From assembly GCF_000008565.1 (NCBI RefSeq), contig NC_000958.1, positions 135,432 to 167,431 on the forward strand: a DNA stretch of 32,000 bases, given 5' to 3'. Positions 17,370-26,864 of the stretch are shown here, piece after piece. Position 1 is the first letter of the stretch. Each line of letters opens with the position of its first letter. The notes beneath the pieces were generated by a model. It had not been told where the DNA came from. It did not search any database and was given only the letters and a program-made list of their open reading frames with translations. The translations under genes were made by a program, and so were the position numbers. The DNA is from Deinococcus radiodurans R1 = ATCC 13939 = DSM 20539 (GTDB lineage: Bacteria > Deinococcota > Deinococci > Deinococcales > Deinococcaceae).

Positions 17370-18691
17370 CAATGGTTCGTGCAGTTTTAGGCGGCTTTAA
17401 GTCCGAAATCCAGCGGACTGAACGGCGAATTCGCTCATTCTTCAAAGCGAGCCGAGAGGTCCAGATTGGATAAAATGACCTGGGCCAGCAGGGCGTTATA
17501 CGCCCTGCGTTTCATGTCTTCGAGACTGAACACCAGATCCTGCCCGCCACCTGCCGCTCGCAGGGCCTCCAGTCGGCAAAGATTCAGGGTCAGCAGCACC
17601 ACGTTCCAATGCGCCTCGATGCCCTGCTGTGACCGCAGTTGCACATCCTGGCCCCCCAGGAACTGTTTGGCATCCCGGAAGATCAGTTCGATCTCAAAGC
17701 GGCTTCGATACAGCGCCATGACCTCATGAGCCGGCATGGTCACAGCGGTGCTGAACAGCACCGCGTAGCCGGTGACCTGACCCTTTTTACCAATCTGCTG
17801 AATGACGACTGCGCGCACTTCCCGCGCCCACTGCACGCTCCAGACCACCTGCGTCCACACCCGCTCAGTCGGCCTTGCAGAGACGAGGTCGAAGCGCTGC
17901 AGGTCACTGAAGTCCACCTTACCGTCGAACTTCTTCTTTCGCCCCCGTCGTCTGGGATGCTCACCGGTGTAGAGGTCGTTGAGGTTGGCGTTGCGAGGCA
18001 ATCTGGAGATAAACGGGAGACCGTGACCCGTCACGGTCTCCACGATGGGTTCCTTCGCGTAATTCCCGTCGGCAACGACAGCAGCCAGATCAAGCTGTTG
18101 AACAGTCCGGAGATCGAGCAGCACGTCATCCAGCTGATCGGCGGCCTGTTCCAGACGAGTTGGAGCCTCAGACCCGGTCAGGGTCTGACGGACATCGACC
18201 GTCAAGGCCTGCCGGTGCTGGACATCAATGAGGGCACAACAGGATTGCTCGATTCCGCGTTCGGTCCGCGCGGCACAGCCATTCCAGAACGAGCCGAGGT
18301 GTGCGGTGTGCTGACCGGCTTTGCGGTGAAAAGAGGCGTCGATGGCCAGAACGCACAGTGGGCTGATCAGCCCACTCTCGATTGCTGTACTGACAGTCGC
18401 CTGGTGTAACGCGCCCCACGGAATGGCCCCATCGTCACTTCGGTGCAGCCAACGACGAATCGTACTCTCCGAGCAGGCTGCATACCGGGAGAGATTCAGG
18501 GCGTTCAGCCGTCCAGGAACAGCGAGAAAAACGCTGAGCAGCACGGTCAGGAAATTCCGCTGCGTCTTGCGCAGCGGGACCGCGCTGAGAACGTACTGTA
18601 GGATGGCCATCAGACCCATTGGAAGCGGTGATTTCACAGCTCCATTTTCAATGGGTCTTTCCTTTTGGGCTCAAAACTGCACGAACCATTG
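17370..18691 (-). mobile_element. IS-A (IS4/IS701-like DDE family), complete copy, 1322 bp
   Basis: 19-bp terminal inverted repeats CAATGGTTCGTGCAGTTTT (17370-17388) and AAAACTGCACGAACCATTG (18673-18691). It is inverted relative to the partial copy at 1..775. Confidence 0.9.
17435..18637 (-). CDS. DDE transposase of IS-A (400 aa)
   Basis: Candidate catalytic residues lie in VLAIDASFH, VVADGNYAKE and YRSRFEIELIFRDAK. It fills the element between the terminal repeats. Confidence 0.9.
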   Translation of the reverse strand: MKSPLPMGLMAILQYVLSAVPLRKTQRNFLTVLLSVFLAVPGRLNALNLSRYAACSESTIRRWLHRSDDGAIPWGALHQATVSTAIESGLISPLCVLAIDASFHRKAGQHTAHLGSFWNGCAARTERGIEQSCCALIDVQHRQALTVDVRQTLTGSEAPTRLEQAADQLDDVLLDLRTVQQLDLAAVVADGNYAKEPIVETVTGHGLPFISRLPRNANLNDLYTGEHPRRRGRKKKFDGKVDFSDLQRFDLVSARPTERVWTQVVWSVQWAREVRAVVIQQIGKKGQVTGYAVLFSTAVTMPAHEVMALYRSRFEIELIFRDAKQFLGGQDVQLRSQQGIEAHWNVVLLTLNLCRLEALRAAGGGQDLVFSLEDMKRRAYNALLAQVILSNLDLSARFEE

Positions 18692-18711
18692 GTCAAAGCC
18701 CCTACTCCTTT

Positions 18712-20220
18712 TTAATCCAGACGACCCGATCTGAAGTCCGCCCAGTAACTCTCCAGCTCACGGTGCACCACCGGCAACAGCAGGTATAGGCCAATGATGT
18801 TGGGAATAGAGGCGATAAACAGCAGCGCGTCGGAGAGGTTCACCACTGCGCCCAGACTCATGCTCGCGCCGATCACGACAAAGCTCAGAAAGACCAGCTT
18901 GAAGAGGTTGGTGGCCAGTTCGCTCGGACCAAGCAGATACCGCACCGCGCGGGTGCCGTAGTAGGCGTAGCTGATCATGGTGCTGAACGCGAAGAGGGCC
19001 ACGGCAATGGCGAGCACCGAGCTGAGCAGCGGCGAAACGCTGCGGAAGGCCGCGTTCGTCATCGCCACGCCCGCCACATCGGTCTGGGCGTAGGCACCGG
19101 TCACGATCAGGGCGAGCGCCGTCATCGTGCAAATGACCACCGTATCAATAAATGGCTCGAGCAGCGCGACGAAGCCCTCAGTGACGGGCCGGTACGTTTT
19201 GACAGGGCTGTGGGCGATGGCGGCCGAGCCGATGCCGGCTTCGTTGCTGAACGTTGCGCGCCGCATGCCCTGAATCATCACGCCGATAAAGCCACCGGCG
19301 ATGCCCTGCGGCGCAAAAGCGCCTTGCCAGATGGCAGAGAAGGCGGCGGGCAAGGCAGAAAAGTTCAGGGACAGAATCAAAATGATGGACACGATATAAA
19401 TCGCAGCCATGGCGGGGACGAGTTTGCTGGTCACGTTGGCGATGGCGCGAATCCCACCCAGGATGACCGCGCCGACGAGCAGCGCCAGGCCGAGCCCAAT
19501 CAACCAGGCCGAGCCTGACAGAGGGCTGGCCGGGCCACCCGTGGCGTTGATGATCTGCTGCGCCGCCTGGTTGCTCTGAAACATGTTGCCCGCCCCCAGA
19601 GAAGCAAAGATCATGCACAGGGCGTAAAACGGCCCCAAGACCCGGCCCAGCCCCGCTTTCCCTATTTCGGCCAGCCCCCGGGTCAGATAAAACATCGGGC
19701 CACCGTCTACGCGCCCATCGGGGTTGATGCGGCGGTATTTGACTCCGAGGGTACATTCCACAAACTTGGTGCTCATGCTGAGCAGGCCGACCAGAATCAT
19801 CCAGAACGTCGCGCCGGGCCCACCGAGGCTCAGGGCGACCGCGACCCCGGCGATATTTCCCAGACCCACCGTCCCGGAAACGGCTGTGGTCAGCGCCTGA
19901 AAATGCGTGACCATGCCTGGCGCGTCGGCGTCGTTGCCGTAGCGGCCACGCACGAGGTCGATCCCGTGTTTGAAGCCCCAGATATTGACGAAGCGGAAGC
20001 TGAGCGTGCAGACGATGGCGGCGACCGCCAGCCACACCACGATCAGCGGCACCTGGGCCTCACCGACGGAAATGCTGGCGAAAATGAGGCCTGATAAAAA
20101 GTGGCTGACGGGCGTGACCACCGCGTTGATCCGCTCATCCACGCTCGGGCCCTGGGCTGAAGCCCAAGAGACGGCGCCCAGCAGGCCAGTGAACACGAGT
20201 GCTGCTGGGAGGCGCCCCAT
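18712..20220 (-). CDS. alanine/glycine:cation symporter (AGCS family)
   Basis: AGCS blocks (GGPGATFWMILVGLLSMSTKFVECTLGVKYR, RATFSNEAGIGSAAIAHS). The track ORF runs to 20355, but its first 17 codons lie inside IS-B copy 2. The ATG at 20220 (MGRLPAALVF..) is the first plausible native start, though the start remains uncertain. Confidence 0.8.
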   Translation of the reverse strand: MGRLPAALVFTGLLGAVSWASAQGPSVDERINAVVTPVSHFLSGLIFASISVGEAQVPLIVVWLAVAAIVCTLSFRFVNIWGFKHGIDLVRGRYGNDADAPGMVTHFQALTTAVSGTVGLGNIAGVAVALSLGGPGATFWMILVGLLSMSTKFVECTLGVKYRRINPDGRVDGGPMFYLTRGLAEIGKAGLGRVLGPFYALCMIFASLGAGNMFQSNQAAQQIINATGGPASPLSGSAWLIGLGLALLVGAVILGGIRAIANVTSKLVPAMAAIYIVSIILILSLNFSALPAAFSAIWQGAFAPQGIAGGFIGVMIQGMRRATFSNEAGIGSAAIAHSPVKTYRPVTEGFVALLEPFIDTVVICTMTALALIVTGAYAQTDVAGVAMTNAAFRSVSPLLSSVLAIAVALFAFSTMISYAYYGTRAVRYLLGPSELATNLFKLVFLSFVVIGASMSLGAVVNLSDALLFIASIPNIIGLYLLLPVVHRELESYWADFRSGRLD

Positions 20221-20353
20221 CCATGGCTCTTGAGCAGAACTGCTGCCGCTCTCCGAACTCAACGGCCTGCTCCTTGCAGACGCCGTTCGACTCCAGTCGG
20301 CGCTCTCAGTAGGTGACAACTTCGGTTCGACGTTGTCCCAGACGGCAAAAACC

Positions 20354-20391
20354 AACAGTCGGCCCCATCAAGCTTGATGGGGCCGACTGTT
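20354..20391 (-). terminator. 38-bp perfect palindrome (copy 2 of the IS-B internal hairpin)
   Basis: Identical to 2023..2060 and followed on the minus strand by GGTTTTTGCC. Confidence 0.5.
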
Positions 20392-20526
20392 CGCGGTGTC
20401 CTGAGAGTGTGAAATCAACAGAGGGGAGCTGCCCAGCAGGCTACCGCACTCACCGGGCACTTCAAAACGCATGCCAGTCACCTCCGCATCGATACACTCC
20501 AGCGCCTCATTGACGTCCTCCTGGCG

Positions 20527-21510
20527 ATGATTGACGCGAGGAGCGTCAATCATCACGACCTGAGTGCCCATATGCCGGGGATGAGTACCCCGCAGGGCAA
20601 GAAGAGACGAGCAGACCGCACCTTCCGGGATGAGCAGCTGGACAGGGGCTTTTTCATCGCTCTGCTTGTCGTCCATCTTCCACCGGGGAAGGTTTTGCTA
20701 AGTCTGGACCGCACCAATTGGGAGCACGGGGAAACGCCCATCAACTTTCTGGTGCTTGGAGCCGTGGTTCACGGCTTCACCCTGCCGCTCATCTGGGTGC
20801 CTCTCGACCAGTCTGGGAACAGTCACACCTACGCTCGAATGTGGCTGGTGTTGAAGCTCCTTCGGGCCTGGCCAGCGAAACGCTGGCTGGGTCTGGTGGC
20901 CGATCGGGAGTTCATCGGCGCGGAATGGTTCCGCTTTCTTCGTCGTCAGGGCATCAAGAGGGCAATTCGTATCCGACAGACCGACATGCTAGACGACATG
21001 AATGGGAAAGAGTGGTTTGAGCATGTCCAGCACGGTCATTTTCACGAGATCGGCGAAAAGGTGTTCGTGTTCGGGGAGTTGATGCGGGTGGTCGCAACGA
21101 GGTCACCTGTGGGTGACCTCGTCATCATCGCCACAGATTTCAGTGCTCGGAAGACCTGGAGGCTCTACAAACAGCGCTGGTCGATTGAGTGCACCTTCAG
21201 CAGTTTCAAAAAGCGAGGCTTTGACTTAGAGCGAACCGGAATGACGGAAAGGAGCCGTCTACAGCGACTCTTCGGACTGGTGACATTGGCTTGGATGTTC
21301 TGTTTGCGCCTGGGGGTCTGGCTGAGCCAGACCTGGCCCATCCCTGTTCTAAAGCATGGTCGGAGAGCGGTCAGTCTGGTACGGCACGGCGCTCAGCATC
21401 TCGTGGATGCCCTACGGTGGAAACCCCAACAGTTCATGGCGATCCTGGAGGTGTTCATCCAGGCTTTTTGCCTGCCAGGAGCGGCTGAAAGTGAAGTTGT
21501 CACCTACTGA
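20527..21510 (+). CDS. IS4-family DDE transposase (327 aa from first ATG)
   Basis: Same motifs as 2196..3179. The frame is open upstream to the stop at 20410-20412. Confidence 0.9.
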   Translation: MIDARSVNHHDLSAHMPGMSTPQGKKRRADRTFRDEQLDRGFFIALLVVHLPPGKVLLSLDRTNWEHGETPINFLVLGAVVHGFTLPLIWVPLDQSGNSHTYARMWLVLKLLRAWPAKRWLGLVADREFIGAEWFRFLRRQGIKRAIRIRQTDMLDDMNGKEWFEHVQHGHFHEIGEKVFVFGELMRVVATRSPVGDLVIIATDFSARKTWRLYKQRWSIECTFSSFKKRGFDLERTGMTERSRLQRLFGLVTLAWMFCLRLGVWLSQTWPIPVLKHGRRAVSLVRHGAQHLVDALRWKPQQFMAILEVFIQAFCLPGAAESEVVTY

Positions 21511-21511
21511 G

Positions 21512-21520
21512 GAAACCGGT
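21512..21520. repeat. 9-bp direct repeat GAAACCGGT abutting the outer (right) end of IS-B copy 2; partner at 1965..1973
   Basis: See 1965..1973. Confidence 0.85.
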
Positions 21521-21741
21521 ACATTTCCACGACACGGCTTGTCAAATGGCTCACTTCGCATTTGGTCGCCGCTTCCTTCAGGGCCAACAGCGGTGCCTTC
21601 TATGACTGAAGTGTCCAATATCCGTTTTTTTCACACTACGGGGCCAAACAACGGAAGTTACAGCTTGTCATGGCTTAATGAACTTGCAATAACTAAAGCG
21701 ATGCACAGCCGACCTTCTTTCCTCTCTTCCCACCGCGCACT

Positions 21742-24700
21742 GTGAATATTTTCGAGTTCCGTCAGGAAGTCATCAACCAGTACGCCTCCTACGTCTCTTC
21801 CTTCGTTTATATCCGCGACCGGGACGTGCGCGCCTATGTGGACGCACAGATGCGGAGTGGGGTCTTCTGGCCTGATCCTCTTGCGCAACTCAACCCCAAC
21901 TTCACGCCGGGCGGCAGCGTCAGTGACCTTGTCAGTCAAGGGGTCCTGCACCCGGACTGCGCCGCGCTGTTTGCGGCTGGTGAGCCGCGCTCTCCCCTCA
22001 ACTTGCACGCCCACCAGCGCGACGCGGCTCGGCTGGCCCGTGAGGGGCGCTCGTATGTCGTGACCACCGGTACCGGTTCGGGCAAATCACTGACCTACAT
22101 CCTCCCTATCGTGGACCACGTGCTGCGCCGCGGCAGCGGCAAGGGCATCCAGGCCATCGTGGTCTACCCGATGAACGCGCTTGCCAACAGTCAGGTGGAA
22201 GAACTCAGCAAGTTCCTGGGCGACAACGGACCCGTGACTTTTCGGCGCTACACCGGCCAGGAAAAACGCGAAGAAAAAGACGCCATCATCGCCAATCCGC
22301 CGGACATCCTGCTGACCAACTACATGATGCTGGAACTGATTCTCACCCGGCAGGACGAAGCCGCGCTGGTCCGGGCTGCTGAGGGCGTGCGCTTCGTGGT
22401 TTTTGACGAGCTTCATACCTACCGTGGGCGGCAGGGGGCAGACGTAGCGCTGCTGATTCGCCGCCTGCGCGAGAGACTAAGGGCCCCCGACGCCATTTGC
22501 GTCGGTACCAGCGCCACGATGTCGTCCAGTCCGGTGTATGCCGAGCGGCAAAGGGCTGTCGCGGACGTGGCCTCGCGGCTCTTTGGGTTGGACATGACCC
22601 CCGAGCAGGTCATCGGGGAAATGTTGGAGCGCGTGACCTCAGGCGAGCCGGGCACCGCCGAGCTGAAAGCTGCCGTGGCCGCGCCAGTGCCGTCCACCTT
22701 TGAAACCTTTATTCGCGACGCCTTGGTGGTGTGGCTTGAAAACATGGTGGGCCTCCGGTGGGACGGCGAGGCGAAGCGCTATGACCGACAACCACCACAG
22801 GCCGTGGCGGGGGACGGGGGGCTGGCGGCGCAGCTCGCCCTGGAAACGGGCCTCCCCGTGATGCAGTGCCTGGAAGCCCTGCAAGGCCGCCTCCTCGCCG
22901 GCAACGCTCTGCAGCACCCGGCCACGGGGCGACCGGTGTTCGCGTTTCGGCTTCACCAGTTCATCAGCAAGGCGGCCACCGTCTACGCCCCGCTGCTGCC
23001 CTGCGCCGAGCGCCTGGAACACCTCACGTTGCGCGGACAGGTGTACGCCCCGGAGAGTGGGCGCACCCTGCGGCTTTACCCACTGGAGTTTTGCCGCAAC
23101 TGCGGGCAGGAATACTACTCAGTGCGCCGCGTCCCTGACCCTGACACGGGCCGTGAGGTGTTCGTGGCACGCGGCAATGAGGCCCGCCAAGAAAGCACGC
23201 CGGACGACGGCTATCTCTACCTCGGGGACCCCCCCTGGCCCCTGGACGAGGAGAAGCTGCTTGAGCGCCTGCCCGACAACTGGCTGGAGGAGAAGAACGG
23301 CCAACTGCGCGTGAAGTCCAGCCGCCGTGGGCAGCTCCCACGTACCGTGCGGGTGAGTGGTCTGGGTGAAGTGGGCCAAGCGGAAAGAGTCCGCGCCGCA
23401 TTCATAGAAGGCGAATTCCGCTTCTGCTTGTGCTGCGGCGTGAGTTATCTGGGCCGCACCGGCAAGCTGACCAAGCTTGCCACCCTGTCGAGCGAGGGGC
23501 GCTCCACGGCCACGACGCTGCTCAGCATGGCGGCGGTGCAGGGGCTGAGAAAGTCCGACCTGCGGGACACCGCCCGCAAGATTCTGTCGTTTACGGACAA
23601 CCGTCAAGACGCCTCTTTGCAGGCCGGGCACTTCAACGATTTCGTGTTCGTGGCCTCGCTGCGCGCCGCGTTGGCGCGGGCGCTTAAGGCAAGCCCACTC
23701 ACGCTCGAAGACGTAGCCCAGAAGGTGTTTGCAGCGTTAGAGCTGGACCTCGCTGCGTTCGCCAGCGACCCCAACGTGCGCTTCGGCGAGCGCGACCGCA
23801 CCCTCAAGACGGCCCACAACCTGATTGGCTACGCGCTCTATGCCGACCTTGCTGAAGGCCGCCGCCTGACCCTGCCCAACCTCGAAGGCGTGGACCTTGT
23901 GCGCTTCGAGTACCCCTACCTGCGAGAGGTTTGCGAAGCCCAAGACCTCTGGGAGCGGGCCCATCCGGCCCTGTCGGTGGTGCGCAGCGGCGTGGTCGAG
24001 GCGCGTGAGCGTGCCGCGCGGGCGCTGCTTGACTGGCTGCGGCAAAACCTCGCCATCAAGGCGCCTTACCTCGATCCCGACTATCTGGGCGCTGTGGTGC
24101 TGAACCTGGGCCTGATCCGCGAGGACAGCCCCCTGTCCCTACCGCCCGAAGAGGCGCAGAACCTCACCACAGCGCGGCGAGTGGTACTGGGCACGCTGCC
24201 ACGCGACGAGGGACGCTCCACCGGGCGACTCTCTTTGAGCGCCCAGGGGGCTGTTGGCCGCTACCTGACGCGCCCGGAAACGCTCGCCTGGAGCCAGGCC
24301 CTGAAGCGCGACGATGTGGACGCCATCTTGCATGACCTCTTGCTGGCCCTCTCTGAGTTCATCGAGCAGGTGGAGCCGGGCGCCTACCAACTCAAGGGAA
24401 CCAGTTTCACTTGGCACGCCGGGCCGGGCACCGAGCCGTCCGTGGACGCCTTGCGGGTGCTGCGTCCCGCGGGCAGCGAAGCGCCGCGCGTCAACTCGTT
24501 TTTCCTCTCGCTCTACCAGCAGCCCGCCGCCGAGTTTCGTGACCTTCACGGCGCCGAACACACCGCGCAGATTCGCGCTGAGGAACGCGAGAAGCGTGAA
24601 GAAGCCTTCCGCGCCGGCACCCTCCCCGCGCTGTTTTGCTCGCCCACCATGGAACTGGGCGTGGATATCAGCGACCTGAATGTGGTGCACCTGCGCAACG

Positions 24701-26862
24701 TGCCGCCCACCCCGGCCAACTACGCGCAGCGCTCCGGGCGTGCTGGGCGCAGCGGGCAGCCCGCACTGGTGATGACCTACGCCACCACCGGTAACAACCA
24801 TGACCAGTATTTCTTCCGGCGCCCGGGGCTCATGGTGGGCGGCAGCGTCTCTACCCCGCGGCTAGAACTGGGCAACGAGGCGCTGGTCAGGTCGCATGTG
24901 CACGCCATCTGGCTGGCCGAGACCGGCCAGAAGTTGCCGCCTTCGGTGGCCGAGCTGCTTGACGTGAATGGTGAAGACCCCACTCTGGCGCTGCTGCCGG
25001 ACTTCCAGCATCCGTTTCAGGATGAGGGCGTACAAAAGCGCACTCTGATTCGGGCACGGCAGCTCATCGCTGGTCTGGGCGTGGACCTCACAGGGACCGG
25101 GTGGTACAGCGAGGAATGGCTCACTTACACCGTCAAACACGCCGCCCGTGAGTTTGACCGGGCCTGCGACCGCTGGCGTGACCTTTACCGCAGCGCCCTC
25201 TCGCAGCTTCACCTCAACAACGCCGTGCTGGCCGACGCGGGCAAACGCCACCTTCAGGAACAGGCGCGCCGCCTGCACGCTGAGGCGAACACGCAGCTCA
25301 GCTTGCTGCGCAGTCCTGAAGGCGAGCTGTCGGACTTTTACACCTACCGCTACTTGGCTTCTGAGGGCTTCTTACCGGGATACAACTTCGCGCGTCTGCC
25401 CCTCTCGGCTTACATACCCGGACGGCGCGGCGCGAAGGCAGGAAGGGACAGCTACCTCTCGCGGCCCCGCTTTCTGGCGCTCTCTGAGTTCGGGCCAAAC
25501 GCCATCGTCTATCACAACGGCGCGAAGTACGAGGCCCACAAAGTCATCGTGCCGGCCCGCGGTGAAACCAGTGAACTGCCCACAGTGAGTGCCCAGCGCT
25601 GTGAGCAGTGCGGCTACCTTCACCATGGCAGCGGCGACGTTCAGGGCGATCAGGGTGCCCGCGACGTGTGCGAGAACTGTCAGGCCCAGCTCGCGCCCCC
25701 GCGCCCGGACCTCTTCCGCATGACCTCAGTGGCGACCCGCCGCCGCGAGCGCATCAGCAGTGACGAAGAAGAGCGGCGCCGGATCGGCTTTGACGTCAAG
25801 AGCGGCATGCGCTTCGCTTCGCGCGGGGGGCGGGCCGACCGCGTGCAGGCGCTGGCAGCCACCGACGCGCCGCTGCTGCGCCTGACTTACGGCGACGGCG
25901 CGACGCTCTGGCGCATCAACTATGGCTGGCGCAACCGCGAAAACAAGCAGGAACTCGGCTTTCTCTTTGACCCCGAGACCTCACAGTGGCTCAGCAAGCA
26001 GGGGCACGAACGGAAGCTCAAGGCCGCCGGAGGACGGGACGTGGCCGTGCAGCGAGTGATTCCCTATGTGGAAGACACCCGCAATGTGCTGCTGATTGAG
26101 CCGGCCCTTCCTCTGGATGCGGGCGGCATGGCTACGCTGATGAGCGCTCTCAAAAACGCTGCGCAGCTCACCTACCAGCTGGAGGACAGTGAGCTCGCGG
26201 CCGAGTTGCTGCCCGACAGCCAGGAGCCGCGCCAAATTCTGCTGTACGAAGCGTCCGAAGGCGGGGCCGGCGTACTGCAAGATTTGGTGTTCCGCTCGGG
26301 GGCGCTGGGTGAAGTGGCCGCCGCGGCGCTGGGCCTGCTGCACTTTGACCCCCTGACGGGCGAGGATCACGGGCACGCCCCCCACGCGGCGGAGCGCTGC
26401 GAAGCGGCCTGCTACGACTGTCTGATGACTTATGGCAACCAGACGTTTCATGACCTGCTTGACCGCTTCGCCGTGCGCGAACTGCTGCTGCGACTGCGTG
26501 AGGCGCGGGTCACCTTGCCCGGTGACGCAGGCGACCCTTTTGAGACCCTCTGCGCGGCGTGCGGCAGTGAACTGGAGCGCGAATGGTTGCGCTTTGTGCG
26601 GGATGAGGGCCGGCGTCTGCCGTCACACGCGCAACTGCTCGTGCCGGACCACTACGCCCGCCCGGACTTCGCGTACGCCGAGCAGGCGGCCCTGATCTTC
26701 ATCGACGGGCCCCACCACGACCAGCCTGGTCAGACAGGCCGCGACGCCCGACTGCGCGAAGAGTTGGAGTTTGCCGGGTATACCGTCGTGCCCTTTACGC
26801 ATGACCGCAGCACCTGGCCGGCGCAACTTGCCCGCTACGCATTCATTTTCGGGGAAGGATAA
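21742..26862 (+). CDS. 1706-aa DExH-box helicase fused to a DUF1998/MrfA-type Zn-binding domain and a C-terminal DUF559/Vsr-like nuclease-fold module (DrmA+DrmB-like fusion)
   Basis: GTG start. Walker A TGTGSGKS (aa 109-116), DELH (222-225), SAT (257-259). CxxC pairs at C451/C454 and C562/C564/C565. Helicase-C motif [12 protein letters not shown] (996-1005). DUF1998-type [15 protein letters not shown] (from aa 1202) with Cys clusters C1287/C1290/C1310/C1313 and [15 protein letters not shown] (1553-1560). C-terminal ~100 aa has RPDF (D1642) and IFIDGPHHD (D1655) followed by [20 protein letters not shown]. Confidence 0.85.
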   Translation: MNIFEFRQEVINQYASYVSSFVYIRDRDVRAYVDAQMRSGVFWPDPLAQLNPNFTPGGSVSDLVSQGVLHPDCAALFAAGEPRSPLNLHAHQRDAARLAREGRSYVVTTGTGSGKSLTYILPIVDHVLRRGSGKGIQAIVVYPMNALANSQVEELSKFLGDNGPVTFRRYTGQEKREEKDAIIANPPDILLTNYMMLELILTRQDEAALVRAAEGVRFVVFDELHTYRGRQGADVALLIRRLRERLRAPDAICVGTSATMSSSPVYAERQRAVADVASRLFGLDMTPEQVIGEMLERVTSGEPGTAELKAAVAAPVPSTFETFIRDALVVWLENMVGLRWDGEAKRYDRQPPQAVAGDGGLAAQLALETGLPVMQCLEALQGRLLAGNALQHPATGRPVFAFRLHQFISKAATVYAPLLPCAERLEHLTLRGQVYAPESGRTLRLYPLEFCRNCGQEYYSVRRVPDPDTGREVFVARGNEARQESTPDDGYLYLGDPPWPLDEEKLLERLPDNWLEEKNGQLRVKSSRRGQLPRTVRVSGLGEVGQAERVRAAFIEGEFRFCLCCGVSYLGRTGKLTKLATLSSEGRSTATTLLSMAAVQGLRKSDLRDTARKILSFTDNRQDASLQAGHFNDFVFVASLRAALARALKASPLTLEDVAQKVFAALELDLAAFASDPNVRFGERDRTLKTAHNLIGYALYADLAEGRRLTLPNLEGVDLVRFEYPYLREVCEAQDLWERAHPALSVVRSGVVEARERAARALLDWLRQNLAIKAPYLDPDYLGAVVLNLGLIREDSPLSLPPEEAQNLTTARRVVLGTLPRDEGRSTGRLSLSAQGAVGRYLTRPETLAWSQALKRDDVDAILHDLLLALSEFIEQVEPGAYQLKGTSFTWHAGPGTEPSVDALRVLRPAGSEAPRVNSFFLSLYQQPAAEFRDLHGAEHTAQIRAEEREKREEAFRAGTLPALFCSPTMELGVDISDLNVVHLRNVPPTPANYAQRSGRAGRSGQPALVMTYATTGNNHDQYFFRRPGLMVGGSVSTPRLELGNEALVRSHVHAIWLAETGQKLPPSVAELLDVNGEDPTLALLPDFQHPFQDEGVQKRTLIRARQLIAGLGVDLTGTGWYSEEWLTYTVKHAAREFDRACDRWRDLYRSALSQLHLNNAVLADAGKRHLQEQARRLHAEANTQLSLLRSPEGELSDFYTYRYLASEGFLPGYNFARLPLSAYIPGRRGAKAGRDSYLSRPRFLALSEFGPNAIVYHNGAKYEAHKVIVPARGETSELPTVSAQRCEQCGYLHHGSGDVQGDQGARDVCENCQAQLAPPRPDLFRMTSVATRRRERISSDEEERRRIGFDVKSGMRFASRGGRADRVQALAATDAPLLRLTYGDGATLWRINYGWRNRENKQELGFLFDPETSQWLSKQGHERKLKAAGGRDVAVQRVIPYVEDTRNVLLIEPALPLDAGGMATLMSALKNAAQLTYQLEDSELAAELLPDSQEPRQILLYEASEGGAGVLQDLVFRSGALGEVAAAALGLLHFDPLTGEDHGHAPHAAERCEAACYDCLMTYGNQTFHDLLDRFAVRELLLRLREARVTLPGDAGDPFETLCAACGSELEREWLRFVRDEGRRLPSHAQLLVPDHYARPDFAYAEQAALIFIDGPHHDQPGQTGRDARLREELEFAGYTVVPFTHDRSTWPAQLARYAFIFGEG

Positions 26863-26864
26863 CT

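Larger units (their letters stand above)
20305..21511 (+). mobile_element. IS-B (IS4 family), copy 2, 1207 bp
   Basis: Same 19-bp terminal inverted repeats as copy 1 (20305-20323 and 21493-21511), in the same orientation. The transposases differ at about 10 of 327 residues, and there are several substitutions just inside the left end. Confidence 0.9.

Noticed and set aside
21512-21741. Sigma70-like promoter for the defence operon (for example TTGTCA at ~21666 with a downstream AT-rich hexamer).
   Set aside because: I found no -10 hexamer with acceptable spacing and match, so I cannot support a specific promoter call from sequence alone.
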